Shown: positions 51,968 to 60,972, numbered from the stretch's first letter. The stretch: DNA of 64,000 bases from an uncultured Methanosarcinales archaeon (GCA_964405295.1 CAYONI010000001.1:1-64000); one strand, 5' to 3'. The notes: generated by a model not told the origin, from the sequence alone. A program made the numbers and translations.

Positions 51968-52222
51968 ATGGGATTAACAAATAAAAAGGAAAAACAACTA
52001 AGAAAAATGCCTATAATACAAAATGTGATTAGAAAGAGTAAAGACGGTAGATTTCTAATACATAAAGTGGTTATCACAACAATAAGGCCCATGGCTTATT
52101 ATAAAGCAATTATGGACAATACTGTTGTTGTAGACGAGGAAGATATTGATAAAAGTTTAGCTGATTACTTTGATAAGAATCCTACCCCCGACGTAGAAGT
52201 TAAGACTGGTGCAGAAATTTAA
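51968..52222 (+). CDS. Hypothetical protein
   Basis: 84 aa with a strong AGGAGGT SD. Confidence 0.65.
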   Translation: MGLTNKKEKQLRKMPIIQNVIRKSKDGRFLIHKVVITTIRPMAYYKAIMDNTVVVDEEDIDKSLADYFDKNPTPDVEVKTGAEI

Positions 52223-52241
52223 TAAAATTAATTTTTTTTAT

Positions 52242-52286
52242 TTCCGTTTTATTGGTGCCAATAAATATTATTATATTTATTGAGCA
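52242..52286 (+). repeat. Dispersed double-hairpin element
   Basis: TTCCG-TTTTA-TTGG-TGCCAATAAATA-TTATTA-TATTTATTGAGCAT between a CDS and the convergent 5S gene. Confidence 0.7.
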
Positions 52287-52311
52287 TTTTAATTTAAGAG
52301 AATAAAAAAAA

Positions 52312-52427
52312 CAGGACAGCTTTCTTAGCCTCCCGCACATAAGTGCAGTACCGCAGAGAACGTAAGTATGCTTTACTTCTGAGTTCGGAATGTGATCAGG
52401 TAGTTCCATACCACTATGACCGTCCTA
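52312..52427 (-). rRNA. rrf: 5S rRNA
   Basis: Reverse complement AGGACGGTCATAG..CATTCCGAACTCAGAAGTAAAG..GGTACT..GGGAGG..GCTGTCCT; the two ends pair. Confidence 0.93.
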
Positions 52428-52445
52428 ATTATGGTGAGTACAGGT

Positions 52446-52958
52446 TTATTTATAAATATTTCTATCTAGTACGGTCTGAGCTGTAAGCAGAAAGGCCTCA
52501 TTATTAATCTCAATTGTCTGAATAATACTGTCTCTCTTGAGTTCTGAGACATATCTATAAAATGTGGCTTTTGAGCATAGTTTTGCTGCATCTACAATGG
52601 TTCTTTTTAGGTCGCCAGGTCTAACCCTTTGCTGGCAAATGGTAGCTATTTTAGATTTAATCTTCCTTTTAAGAAATATACTAGAATCAATATGATTTGG
52701 AATGTAATTTTGTGGTATTTCTTGAGGTTGCGGTTCAATAGTTGGTGTCTCGATTTTTTCAACTTTTTCCTGAGAGCTTAATCTTAACTCAATTTTTTCA
52801 ATAATAGAATCTGCAATTTTTTCAATAAAGGTTTTATCATAAATTTCTGATCTTAAAAGATCAATGTCGTTCTGTAAATATTTATCACTTTCTTTAAGAT
52901 TATCCATGTCTTGCTTAATCTTTTCAAAGCTCTTTTTTAGTGCCTCTTCATTAACCAT
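52446..52958 (-). CDS. Coiled-coil protein with C-terminal winged-helix DNA-binding domain
   Basis: C-terminal LK..IVD..KLCSKATFYRYVSELK followed by a beta-hairpin wing. Start at 52958 or 52997. Confidence 0.7.
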   Translation of the reverse strand: MVNEEALKKSFEKIKQDMDNLKESDKYLQNDIDLLRSEIYDKTFIEKIADSIIEKIELRLSSQEKVEKIETPTIEPQPQEIPQNYIPNHIDSSIFLKRKIKSKIATICQQRVRPGDLKRTIVDAAKLCSKATFYRYVSELKRDSIIQTIEINNEAFLLTAQTVLDRNIYK

Positions 52959-53020
52959 AATTAAGGTGAATGAAGCTTTCTTTTTAATGATTTCCATCCT
53001 GGCCTAGTTTATAAATAGAA

Positions 53021-53157
53021 GAGTCTCAGATACAGGTCTCAGACAGTCTTGAGATGAGACTGAGACCCATTTAAATACAACTAGAGGTTCTAATTCTCCA
53101 TTTCCATATGAAATAGGGGGGTCTCAGGTGTCTCAGTCTCACTGAGACTAATAAGAC
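53021..53157. promoter_or_regulatory. GTCTCA/TGAGAC repeat cluster containing an ORB-like box (candidate oriC or centromere-like site)
   Basis: Eight perfect hexamers in about 130 bp; TTTCCATATGAAATAGGGGGG at 53101-53121. Confidence 0.55.
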
Positions 53158-53205
53158 TGCATAAAATTAATAAACCTCTGCATAAAATTATACTATGGTG
53201 ATAGT

Positions 53206-53751
53206 ATGATTCCAACAGTAGAACAAGCAAAAGAGATGCTAAAAAAGTATGTAAAAAAAGAAGAATTCCTAATCCATAATTTAGAAGTTGGCAGAGCAAT
53301 GAGGGCTCTCGCGATTCACTACAAAGAGGATCCAGAACTATGGCAAACAATAGGTCTTCTGCATGATATAGATATAGAACTCTATGGTGAAGAGTTAATG
53401 AATCATTGTGTTGAAGGAAAGAAAATATTGCAACAAGAAAATGTTGACGAGAATATCATAACAATAATAGTTTCTCATAATGAAGCATTAGGTTTTCCGC
53501 GAGATACTCTTGTAAAACACTGTCTATATTCTGCTGATGGTTTAACAGGATTGATTCATGCATATATTCTGATGAGGCCTAATAAGGACATTCAGCAGGG
53601 CAAAGTAAAGTCCGTTATGAAAAAGTATAAGGATAAGGCTTTTGCTAGAGGTGTTAGTAGAGAGGAAATAAAATCTGTAGAAACTACACTCAACATGGGA
53701 GTGAGGGATTTTGTAGAAATTGTTTTAGATGGTATGAAGAAATTTATTTAA
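53206..53751 (+). CDS. HD (HDIG) domain protein
   Basis: H..EV, GLLHDID, H, SHN, D.LTG. Confidence 0.85.
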   Translation: MIPTVEQAKEMLKKYVKKEEFLIHNLEVGRAMRALAIHYKEDPELWQTIGLLHDIDIELYGEELMNHCVEGKKILQQENVDENIITIIVSHNEALGFPRDTLVKHCLYSADGLTGLIHAYILMRPNKDIQQGKVKSVMKKYKDKAFARGVSREEIKSVETTLNMGVRDFVEIVLDGMKKFI

Positions 53752-54371
53752 ATATTTATATCAAATTTCTTAAAATCTTTCTTCAATTGTTTGTAATCTC
53801 TATATATAATTGCATTTAGCCCTAATTTTTTTGCAGGTCTTGCATCGTCAATAGGATTATCCCCAATCATTATTGCTTCTTCTGGTTTGCACTTAGTTTT
53901 CTTAAGTAATTGTTTGAATATTCTTGAATTTGGTTTTACCATCCCATGTTGATATGAGAAAAACGGATAATCAAAGTGTTCAATAAACTTGGTCTTTTTT
54001 TCTAAATGCTCGCAGTCAAAACAAGTTGAATTAGATAATAACGCTAATTTGTATCCTTGTTTTTTCAGTTTTTTTAACATGGGTATAACATGTTTGTAAA
54101 GCACAGCTTCTGACTTCTCATATTCTCTTATTGCCATGATTACATTTACAGCCTCTTTTGTGGTTGTTATTTTTATATTTTTTAGGAAGTTCTTATACAT
54201 ATTATATTCTGACTTCCAAATCTTTTTTTGAGTGCTGTTCTCAAAAATCTTTCTAAGTTTCTCCTTGCTTAGTTTAGGTTTAAAAAACTCAAAAGTAGAG
54301 TGTAATGTTCCGGGGGTATTATATGGATGTGCAAGTGTATGCCATAAATCAAATATTATTAGTTTTATCAT
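53748..54371 (-). CDS. HAD family hydrolase
   Basis: IIFDLWHTL, LLSN, KP, MIGD...D. Confidence 0.88.
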   Translation of the reverse strand: MIKLIIFDLWHTLAHPYNTPGTLHSTFEFFKPKLSKEKLRKIFENSTQKKIWKSEYNMYKNFLKNIKITTTKEAVNVIMAIREYEKSEAVLYKHVIPMLKKLKKQGYKLALLSNSTCFDCEHLEKKTKFIEHFDYPFFSYQHGMVKPNSRIFKQLLKKTKCKPEEAIMIGDNPIDDARPAKKLGLNAIIYRDYKQLKKDFKKFDINI

Positions 54372-54435
54372 TATACTCTTGTCAAACCATTAACTTTAAA
54401 AAGCTTATTAATAATTTTTCATCAGAGGTGTTTAA

Positions 54436-55785
54436 ATGTTAAATTATATTAATCTAAAATATAAACCTAAATATACAGAATTATTAGTTGAATATCGTGC
54501 TGAGCCTTCAAAAGGTTATACTCTTGATTATTGTGCAGAACAGATTGCATCTGAATCTTCTATTGGGACTTGGACAACGATCTCTACTATGAATAAAAGA
54601 ATTGCTAATCGTCTAAAGCCAACTGTTTATTATATTAATCCTAAAACAAAAATAATAAAGATTGCATATCCTCAAGCGCTTTTCGAAAAAGGTAATATGC
54701 CACAGATTCTTAGTAGTATTGCAGGGAACATTTTCGGAATGAAGATGTTAAAGAATTTAAGATTAGAAGACATTGAATTTCCTAGAGCAATTCTTAATAG
54801 TTTCAAAGGACCAAGATATGGTATTGCAGGAATAAGACAATTAATGAGATTAAAAAAGCGTCCATTAATTGGGACTATTGTAAAACCAAAAGTTGGTCTT
54901 AATGAAAAACAACATGCAAAAGTTGCATATGAAGCTTGGGTCGGCGGATTAGACATTGTTAAAGACGATGAGAATCTTAGTAGCATGACTTTTAACTCTT
55001 TTAGAAAAAGAATTGCTGAAACAGTGAAGATGAAAAAGTTAGCAGAAAAACAAACTGGTGAAAAGAAGATTTACATGCCAAATGTTACTGCAGAAACCAT
55101 GGAAATGCTAAGACGTGCAGATTATGTTAAAAGAAAAGGTAATGAATATGTTATGATAGATGTTTTGACTGCAGGGTTTGCAGCGGTTCAAACTCTAAGA
55201 AATCATACCGATTTAGTTATCCACGCACACAGAGCAATGCATGCCGCACTAACAAAAAATCATAAACATGGAATTTCTATGCTTTGCCTTGCAAAACTCT
55301 ACAGATTAATTGGTGTTGATCAAATACACATTGGAACTGCAGGCGTTGGTAAGATGGGTGGAACAAAAAATGAGATTGTTCTTATAGAAGAAGAAATGGA
55401 AGATGTTTATATTCCCAAAGAAGACAAAGAAAGAATTCTAGAACAGAATTGGGGGAATATAAAACCAACTTTAGCAGTTGCATCTGGTGGTCTTTCTCCT
55501 CTAAGTTTACCCCCTGTAATGGCTGCAAGGGGTAATAATATTGTTATGCAATTCGGTGGTGGATGTCATGGTCATCCTCAAGGAACTTTAAAAGGTGCAA
55601 TTGCAATCAGGCAAGCTCTTGATGCAACTCTAAAAGGTGTTTCTTTAAAGGAATATGCTAAAGACCATATTGAGTTACGATTAGCAATTAAGAAATGGGG
55701 TAAGCCTTCTAAGAAGAAAACTGTTAAGAAAAAGGTTTCTAAGAAAAAGAAAGTTGTGAAGAAGAAAGCTAAGAAAAAGAGATAA
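54436..55785 (+). CDS. rbcL: RuBisCO large subunit, form III
   Basis: ESSIGTWT, GTIVKPKVGL, catalytic GLDIVKDDE, HAHRAMH, loop-6 GKM, SGG, GGG..GHP. Confidence 0.95.
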   Translation: MLNYINLKYKPKYTELLVEYRAEPSKGYTLDYCAEQIASESSIGTWTTISTMNKRIANRLKPTVYYINPKTKIIKIAYPQALFEKGNMPQILSSIAGNIFGMKMLKNLRLEDIEFPRAILNSFKGPRYGIAGIRQLMRLKKRPLIGTIVKPKVGLNEKQHAKVAYEAWVGGLDIVKDDENLSSMTFNSFRKRIAETVKMKKLAEKQTGEKKIYMPNVTAETMEMLRRADYVKRKGNEYVMIDVLTAGFAAVQTLRNHTDLVIHAHRAMHAALTKNHKHGISMLCLAKLYRLIGVDQIHIGTAGVGKMGGTKNEIVLIEEEMEDVYIPKEDKERILEQNWGNIKPTLAVASGGLSPLSLPPVMAARGNNIVMQFGGGCHGHPQGTLKGAIAIRQALDATLKGVSLKEYAKDHIELRLAIKKWGKPSKKKTVKKKVSKKKKVVKKKAKKKR

Positions 55786-56160
55786 TTATTCTTCTATTCT
55801 TCTTAAGCTGTAATATAATCCAAAAAGTTTTTCAGGTTTAAAATATATTATTTCACAATCAAAATAATCCTCTTTTAGTTTTTTTAAAGTAAAGTCATCT
55901 ATATAAGCATTTCTTTGCACTCTCTGGGTTATAAAGATAGGATTATTATATTTTACAATGCCAAGATGATGATAAGCTTCTCTGTCTTCATCAAGTGCCC
56001 TAAATGCAATTATATCCCCTACACCTGGATTTTCTGTAGGTTCTAATTTATCAAGAAATAAGTGAACATCATAAGGTGATATAAATTTATCTTCAGGAAT
56101 TACTCTAGCCATGTATAATGCATAACTTGTGCAATTAACATCTTTTTCTTCATCAGACAT
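55786..56160 (-). CDS. Hypothetical protein, NlpC/P60-like Cys-His motif
   Basis: NCTSYA...PGVGDIIAF...HHLGIV. Confidence 0.55.
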   Translation of the reverse strand: MSDEEKDVNCTSYALYMARVIPEDKFISPYDVHLFLDKLEPTENPGVGDIIAFRALDEDREAYHHLGIVKYNNPIFITQRVQRNAYIDDFTLKKLKEDYFDCEIIYFKPEKLFGLYYSLRRIEE

Positions 56161-56172
56161 CTTAACACAAAC

Positions 56173-57480
56173 CTAAGGCATCTTTCTCTCTGGGTCTCTT
56201 GGTAAAAGAACTGCTTCTCTGACATTATCTAGGTTTAGCAATTTCTGAGTTATTCTATCTAGACCAAAACCGATTCCTCCATGTGGGGGAACTCCGTATC
56301 TAAATATTTCAGAATACTTTTTCATTTCTTCAAGGTTAAGGCCTTTTTCTTTTGCTTGTTTCTTAAGAATATCAAGTCTGTGTTCTCTTTGTGCTCCAGT
56401 GCAAATTTCTACACCATTAAATATTAAATCAAAAGATTTTGTTCCATTAGAATCATTTTCTGGTTTCATATGGTAAAATGGCCTTACAGCCCAAGGGTAA
56501 TTTGTTACGAAAACAAATTCAGAGTTATATTTTTCTTTTACAATTTCTCCAAGAAGTTGTTCTCCTTCTGCATTAAGATCGTCTTCTTCAGAATATTTCT
56601 TGCCTTTTTCTTCAAGTAAGTTTTTAGCTTCCTGCATTGTTATTCGAGGAATCTTTTTAGGAATTGCGTGAGTTATTCCTAATAATTTAAGTTCATTTGC
56701 GCACTCTTGTTTTAAATTTGTTAAAAGATCTATTAACATTTTTTCTGCAACATTCATAACATCCTTTTCATCATTGATAAAAGCCATCTCAAAATCTACT
56801 CCTGTAAACTCTGTTAGGTGCCTGTTTGTATGAGATTTTTCTGCTCTAAAAACTGGTGCTATTTCATACACTCTTTCAAATCCGCCATTCATAAACATTT
56901 GTTTATAGATTTGTGGTGATTGAGAAAGATAAATTGGAGAACCAAAATAATCCACATTAAATAAATCTGCACCTGACTCAACACCAAGTGTTGTCATCTT
57001 TGGTGTATTAATGTTAATAAAACCCTGCCTATCAAAAAAGTTTGTTAGAATTTTTATGATTTTACTTCTTATTTTAAATATTGCTTGATGTTTTAGGTTT
57101 CTTGTATCTAGAAATCTAAAATCAATTCTTTTATCTATGTTTGTATTGCTTTTGTCTGTATTATCTATTGGTAGTGGAACTTCTGATTTAGATAATAGTT
57201 TTATTTTATTAATTCCTATTTCTAAGCCCCATGTTGATTGTTTATTCTCTTTCACAACGCCAACAATTTCAACAACAGATTCTTTTGTATAGTTTTTTAT
57301 TGCTTCAAATGATTCATCTTCTGTTTTTCCTTTGAATGCAACTGTTTGCATATCGCCTGTTCTATCCCTAAGTATCAAAAACCTAATTTTGTTTAAGTTT
57401 CTTAGTTCTTGAATCCACCCTTTTAAGAGTACTTCTTTGCCAACATTTTCTTTAAGATCTTTAATCAATATTCTATTCAT
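56173..57480 (-). CDS. aspS: Aspartate--tRNA ligase, archaeal type
   Basis: RFLD.R, YLSQSPQ.YKQ, FRAE.S.T.RHL.EF, GAQREH, PPHGG.GFG. Confidence 0.93.
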   Translation of the reverse strand: MNRILIKDLKENVGKEVLLKGWIQELRNLNKIRFLILRDRTGDMQTVAFKGKTEDESFEAIKNYTKESVVEIVGVVKENKQSTWGLEIGINKIKLLSKSEVPLPIDNTDKSNTNIDKRIDFRFLDTRNLKHQAIFKIRSKIIKILTNFFDRQGFININTPKMTTLGVESGADLFNVDYFGSPIYLSQSPQIYKQMFMNGGFERVYEIAPVFRAEKSHTNRHLTEFTGVDFEMAFINDEKDVMNVAEKMLIDLLTNLKQECANELKLLGITHAIPKKIPRITMQEAKNLLEEKGKKYSEEDDLNAEGEQLLGEIVKEKYNSEFVFVTNYPWAVRPFYHMKPENDSNGTKSFDLIFNGVEICTGAQREHRLDILKKQAKEKGLNLEEMKKYSEIFRYGVPPHGGIGFGLDRITQKLLNLDNVREAVLLPRDPERKMP

Positions 57481-57533
57481 AGTAACACCTTTTATATTGT
57501 TTAGATTATCGTATTTATTTATAAATATTTATA

Positions 57534-58880
57534 CTATTTCTTTTTCCGGCTTCTTGGCATCAATAAATTCTTTGAGTTTACTGGGCGCTTCTTTTTCTTC
57601 TTATAAATAAAGAATTCAACCAGAACAAATAAAATTATTGCAATCGCTATAAGTGTTATAATTCCTATACTTTGAGCATTCAGTTTCTTTTTTTGCATTA
57701 TAACTGCATCTGCATACTCATCTTCTGGCACTAATGTTAGGTTGCTATTTCGTACAAGTATACCTATCATCATACACTCTAATTTTGAACTACTGTGAAG
57801 GCAACCAGAAATGTCCCCTTGAAGAGCAAATCCTGTATAACATGATTCTTTTCGGTTTTTATTATCTATTTGTTCACATAACCGTTTATCTTTTACGTAA
57901 ATTGCCAGATTCTCAAGACATACATCTCGCTGTATTAATGTTGGCATTTCATCACATATCCTTTTTGCAGTGGTTTTATCTACTTTAGCAATTTTATATA
58001 TTTCATTAATAACTTCATTGAAGTTTTTATCTTCTAACAAATCTTCTATAGAATACTCTTTAATTTTTAGTATCCCTGACGAGATTGTATTATCTGATTC
58101 TGCTGTCGCATAATAATCGCCTTTTTCTTCTGCAACCCACAATATTGTTAATCTGTCTTGATTAATTAGTGTTTGTTTTTCTGAAACAGTATTATCTCCT
58201 GTTAATGATTTTTTTATTATTTTTATTCTTATCAGTGAGTCATCACAGCCATTAGTCTCAACTATTAATTCAATTGGAAGATTCATACTTTCTTGTTCTA
58301 AAGTGAAATAAATATTTTCTAGGTTGCAAGTCCCAATGGGAGTTTGTTGAGATGGTGTTTGTGGAGGTTCAATTGGTGGGGGTGCTGGTTCTTCTTGCTC
58401 TCCTTTTATTATTAATATTGCAGAATCCAATTCTACATTATTTGTGTCAGTTTCAGGAATGATAACTATTTGGAAATTGCCTTTTCCAATGTTTTGATGA
58501 TTCAATATAAAATTTAGTTTATCATTCTCAGAATTAAATTGAGTGCAAGTTGTGTCAAGGTTTTGCATAACCTCATTCCAAGTATAATGTTCACCTTGAT
58601 TAACTAAACAGGCCTTACCAAAAATAATAATTTCTTCTTTTAGAGTAATCTGAAACTCAAGATTCTGATTCTCTATTTCAGGAACTGAAAATTTCAGTAG
58701 TGGTGCACAGATTTTACCTTCAACTTCATTAAAACAGATCCATGAACCTATCGGGTATGAGTCAGGAGCTTGACTATATACATATTTCATGCTATTTGAA
58801 GAAACTTCTTGTTCTGCATATACAAAATTAACTAATAAAATTAGAAGTGCTATAATTATTAGTATGTTTAGTTTTTTCAT
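57534..58880 (-). CDS. Secreted or membrane-anchored protein with Cys-rich repeats
   Basis: Signal peptide, Pro-rich linker, C..(I/M).....(R/K)(D/E).C repeats, C-terminal TM with basic tail. Confidence 0.7.
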   Translation of the reverse strand: MKKLNILIIIALLILLVNFVYAEQEVSSNSMKYVYSQAPDSYPIGSWICFNEVEGKICAPLLKFSVPEIENQNLEFQITLKEEIIIFGKACLVNQGEHYTWNEVMQNLDTTCTQFNSENDKLNFILNHQNIGKGNFQIVIIPETDTNNVELDSAILIIKGEQEEPAPPPIEPPQTPSQQTPIGTCNLENIYFTLEQESMNLPIELIVETNGCDDSLIRIKIIKKSLTGDNTVSEKQTLINQDRLTILWVAEEKGDYYATAESDNTISSGILKIKEYSIEDLLEDKNFNEVINEIYKIAKVDKTTAKRICDEMPTLIQRDVCLENLAIYVKDKRLCEQIDNKNRKESCYTGFALQGDISGCLHSSSKLECMMIGILVRNSNLTLVPEDEYADAVIMQKKKLNAQSIGIITLIAIAIILFVLVEFFIYKKKKKRPVNSKNLLMPRSRKKK

Positions 58881-59431
58881 TATACCCCTGCTGCAGGTTC
58901 TTCATCAGGTTCCTGTTGATTAAGAACTTGTTCTCTAACTAGAACTTTTTTACCTTTACTAATTAGTTCTAGATTAATTTTATTCTTTGTATCAATACAG
59001 TATACTCCAAATTCCCCTCCATTTATCGGTTCTACTTTTATTTCTCCGATATAGTGCATTTCAAAATCATTTTCAGTTAATAAGAATAAGTTTTCAGGAT
59101 TTTCTCGAGTTTCTCTTGAATTATAAATTTCTTGTGCTATTTCTGAGATTCTCAGTTCGGTAGGTATTAGTAAATTAACACTATAATCAATAAAACACAT
59201 CTTTGTAAGTGCTCTTGGTGGTCTCAAAAGGATAATATCTGTCGATCCTGAATTTTCATTAAGCATTGAATCAATATTTGTTTTTATTTGATTTACCATT
59301 TCAAAATTTGTTGTATCCTCAATAGAATTATTTAATCCTCTCATCAGGTATCCGCCTAATATTATTACCATTGCTAATGCTACAACGATTATAACAAAGT
59401 TAAATGCTTGTGCATACGCTTTTTTATCCAT
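58880..59431 (-). CDS. Pilin-like protein with a class III-type signal peptide
   Basis: MDKKA followed by a hydrophobic helix; Cys pair. Confidence 0.55.
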   Translation of the reverse strand: MDKKAYAQAFNFVIIVVALAMVIILGGYLMRGLNNSIEDTTNFEMVNQIKTNIDSMLNENSGSTDIILLRPPRALTKMCFIDYSVNLLIPTELRISEIAQEIYNSRETRENPENLFLLTENDFEMHYIGEIKVEPINGGEFGVYCIDTKNKINLELISKGKKVLVREQVLNQQEPDEEPAAGV

Positions 59432-59432
59432 A

Positions 59433-60785
59433 TTATTCCTCTAGATATATTACTTCTATTTCATCATCTATATATTCTACAACTGTCAGTTCAATGCCCA
59501 ATTCATTGAGTAGTTCGTTTAGGTTTGCATCTCCATTTTCATATTGTTGTATAAGATACAAATCTCTTATCAAATTACAAGTTGATTGCATCTGAGTATT
59601 ATTTATTTTTGTACAAACTGCAAAATCTCCATTAATAAGGTGTGCAGTATAGCAATCATCTCTTATATTAGTATTGTTTATTTCTGCGCAAATATCAGGA
59701 TCTTCAAATTCTAATGAAACACTCGATATACATCGATCAATGTTCTCTGCTTCTTTAATATTCTTACATTTATTTGTTGCTATGTCTGGATTATTTCTAC
59801 TAGTGCTTAATATTCTATCAATAAAATCTTGGAATATAACTGTTTCAGTATTTTGGTTAGAATTGTCTATAGGCGGTGGAAGATTTATGTATTGTTCTGG
59901 ATCTTGAATTTCATTAGAGTCTTCTCCACCATTGGTATCATTCGTTTGAGAAGTGCCGCTGCCAGGCATAGGAGGTTTAACTCTGAAATCAAATCTTGTT
60001 TGTGCCATCTTTCCATTATAGTCAGAATGAATATTCATTGTGTATTTTCCTGGTGCAAAATCTTCTGGGATAGTTATTCTTTTAGCTTGTTGTGTTGACG
60101 TAAATATTGCGATTGTATCTTTGCTTGAATCGACAACATTTAAGTTTTCGTTTAAAATGTCATAGGTAACATACATGTCAAATGTTTTTTTTGATCCCAT
60201 ACTTAAAATGTTTAAATTGAATCTAAGATCTTCACCAGGTACGACCTGTGTGTTTTCTGGTGTTGCAATTAAATCTAGAAGTGTTGTTGATTGCGATTGA
60301 ATGTTAATAAAATAATATCCCCCTCCTATTACAATGATTAATGCAAAAAATATTGCAAATATGTGTAGTGCTGTTCTTCCAGGGAGATGAACTTCATGTC
60401 TGTGTGTTGTAATATTTTGATTGAAGTTTGATTGAGTCTGTTGCGGTGGTTGTTGCGGAAGATGTGCTGCTGCATCATCAATCAAGTGTGTAGAATACCC
60501 TTTTTGTATAAGGTAGTTTCTTATCTGTTGGAACGTATACCCTTTTGATTCCATGTTTCTGATATAGTCAATAATTTGAACCAATGCTTGAGTATTTTGA
60601 GGTTGATTTTGCACAGTTGGCTGAACTTGTTGCATAGCATAAGTATAATGTTGAGAAATGATTGTTTCAGGGTAGTTTTTTTCAAGAAGATATTTTTTTA
60701 TTTGTTCAAAAGTGTAGCCTCTAGAAATCATAGTTTTAATTCCATTTAATAATACCTGATTCACCTCAGAACCGCTATTTTCCAT
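59433..60785 (-). CDS. Membrane protein with duplicated N-terminal helical module, Ig-like domain and Cys-rich repeats
   Basis: Two I..M.S+GYTF.QI+.YL..K.Y units, TM, and a Cys-rich C-terminus like that of 57534..58880. Confidence 0.7.
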   Translation of the reverse strand: MENSGSEVNQVLLNGIKTMISRGYTFEQIKKYLLEKNYPETIISQHYTYAMQQVQPTVQNQPQNTQALVQIIDYIRNMESKGYTFQQIRNYLIQKGYSTHLIDDAAAHLPQQPPQQTQSNFNQNITTHRHEVHLPGRTALHIFAIFFALIIVIGGGYYFINIQSQSTTLLDLIATPENTQVVPGEDLRFNLNILSMGSKKTFDMYVTYDILNENLNVVDSSKDTIAIFTSTQQAKRITIPEDFAPGKYTMNIHSDYNGKMAQTRFDFRVKPPMPGSGTSQTNDTNGGEDSNEIQDPEQYINLPPPIDNSNQNTETVIFQDFIDRILSTSRNNPDIATNKCKNIKEAENIDRCISSVSLEFEDPDICAEINNTNIRDDCYTAHLINGDFAVCTKINNTQMQSTCNLIRDLYLIQQYENGDANLNELLNELGIELTVVEYIDDEIEVIYLEE

Positions 60786-60857
60786 ATTCCCTCTTTTATA
60801 CTCTAATTTCGCCCAAAACCATATATAAAGCTTTCGACTAATTATTATAATAAATTA

Positions 60858-60972
60858 TTGTGTACTTAAGGTGAGCTTATTTCTAATCTTATTGCGAGTT
60901 CGTTGCAGAGAGTTGTTCCTTACGGGACTGCAGAACCTTCAAAAGAAGCAAAGATTGAGCGAAAGCACATAA
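60858..60972 (+). ncRNA. Unidentified structured RNA candidate
   Basis: GC-richer intergenic segment with nested complementary arms. Strand inferred from G-U pairs. Confidence 0.45.

Noticed and set aside
52200..52409. 69-aa ORF
   Set aside because: Overlaps 5S rRNA.
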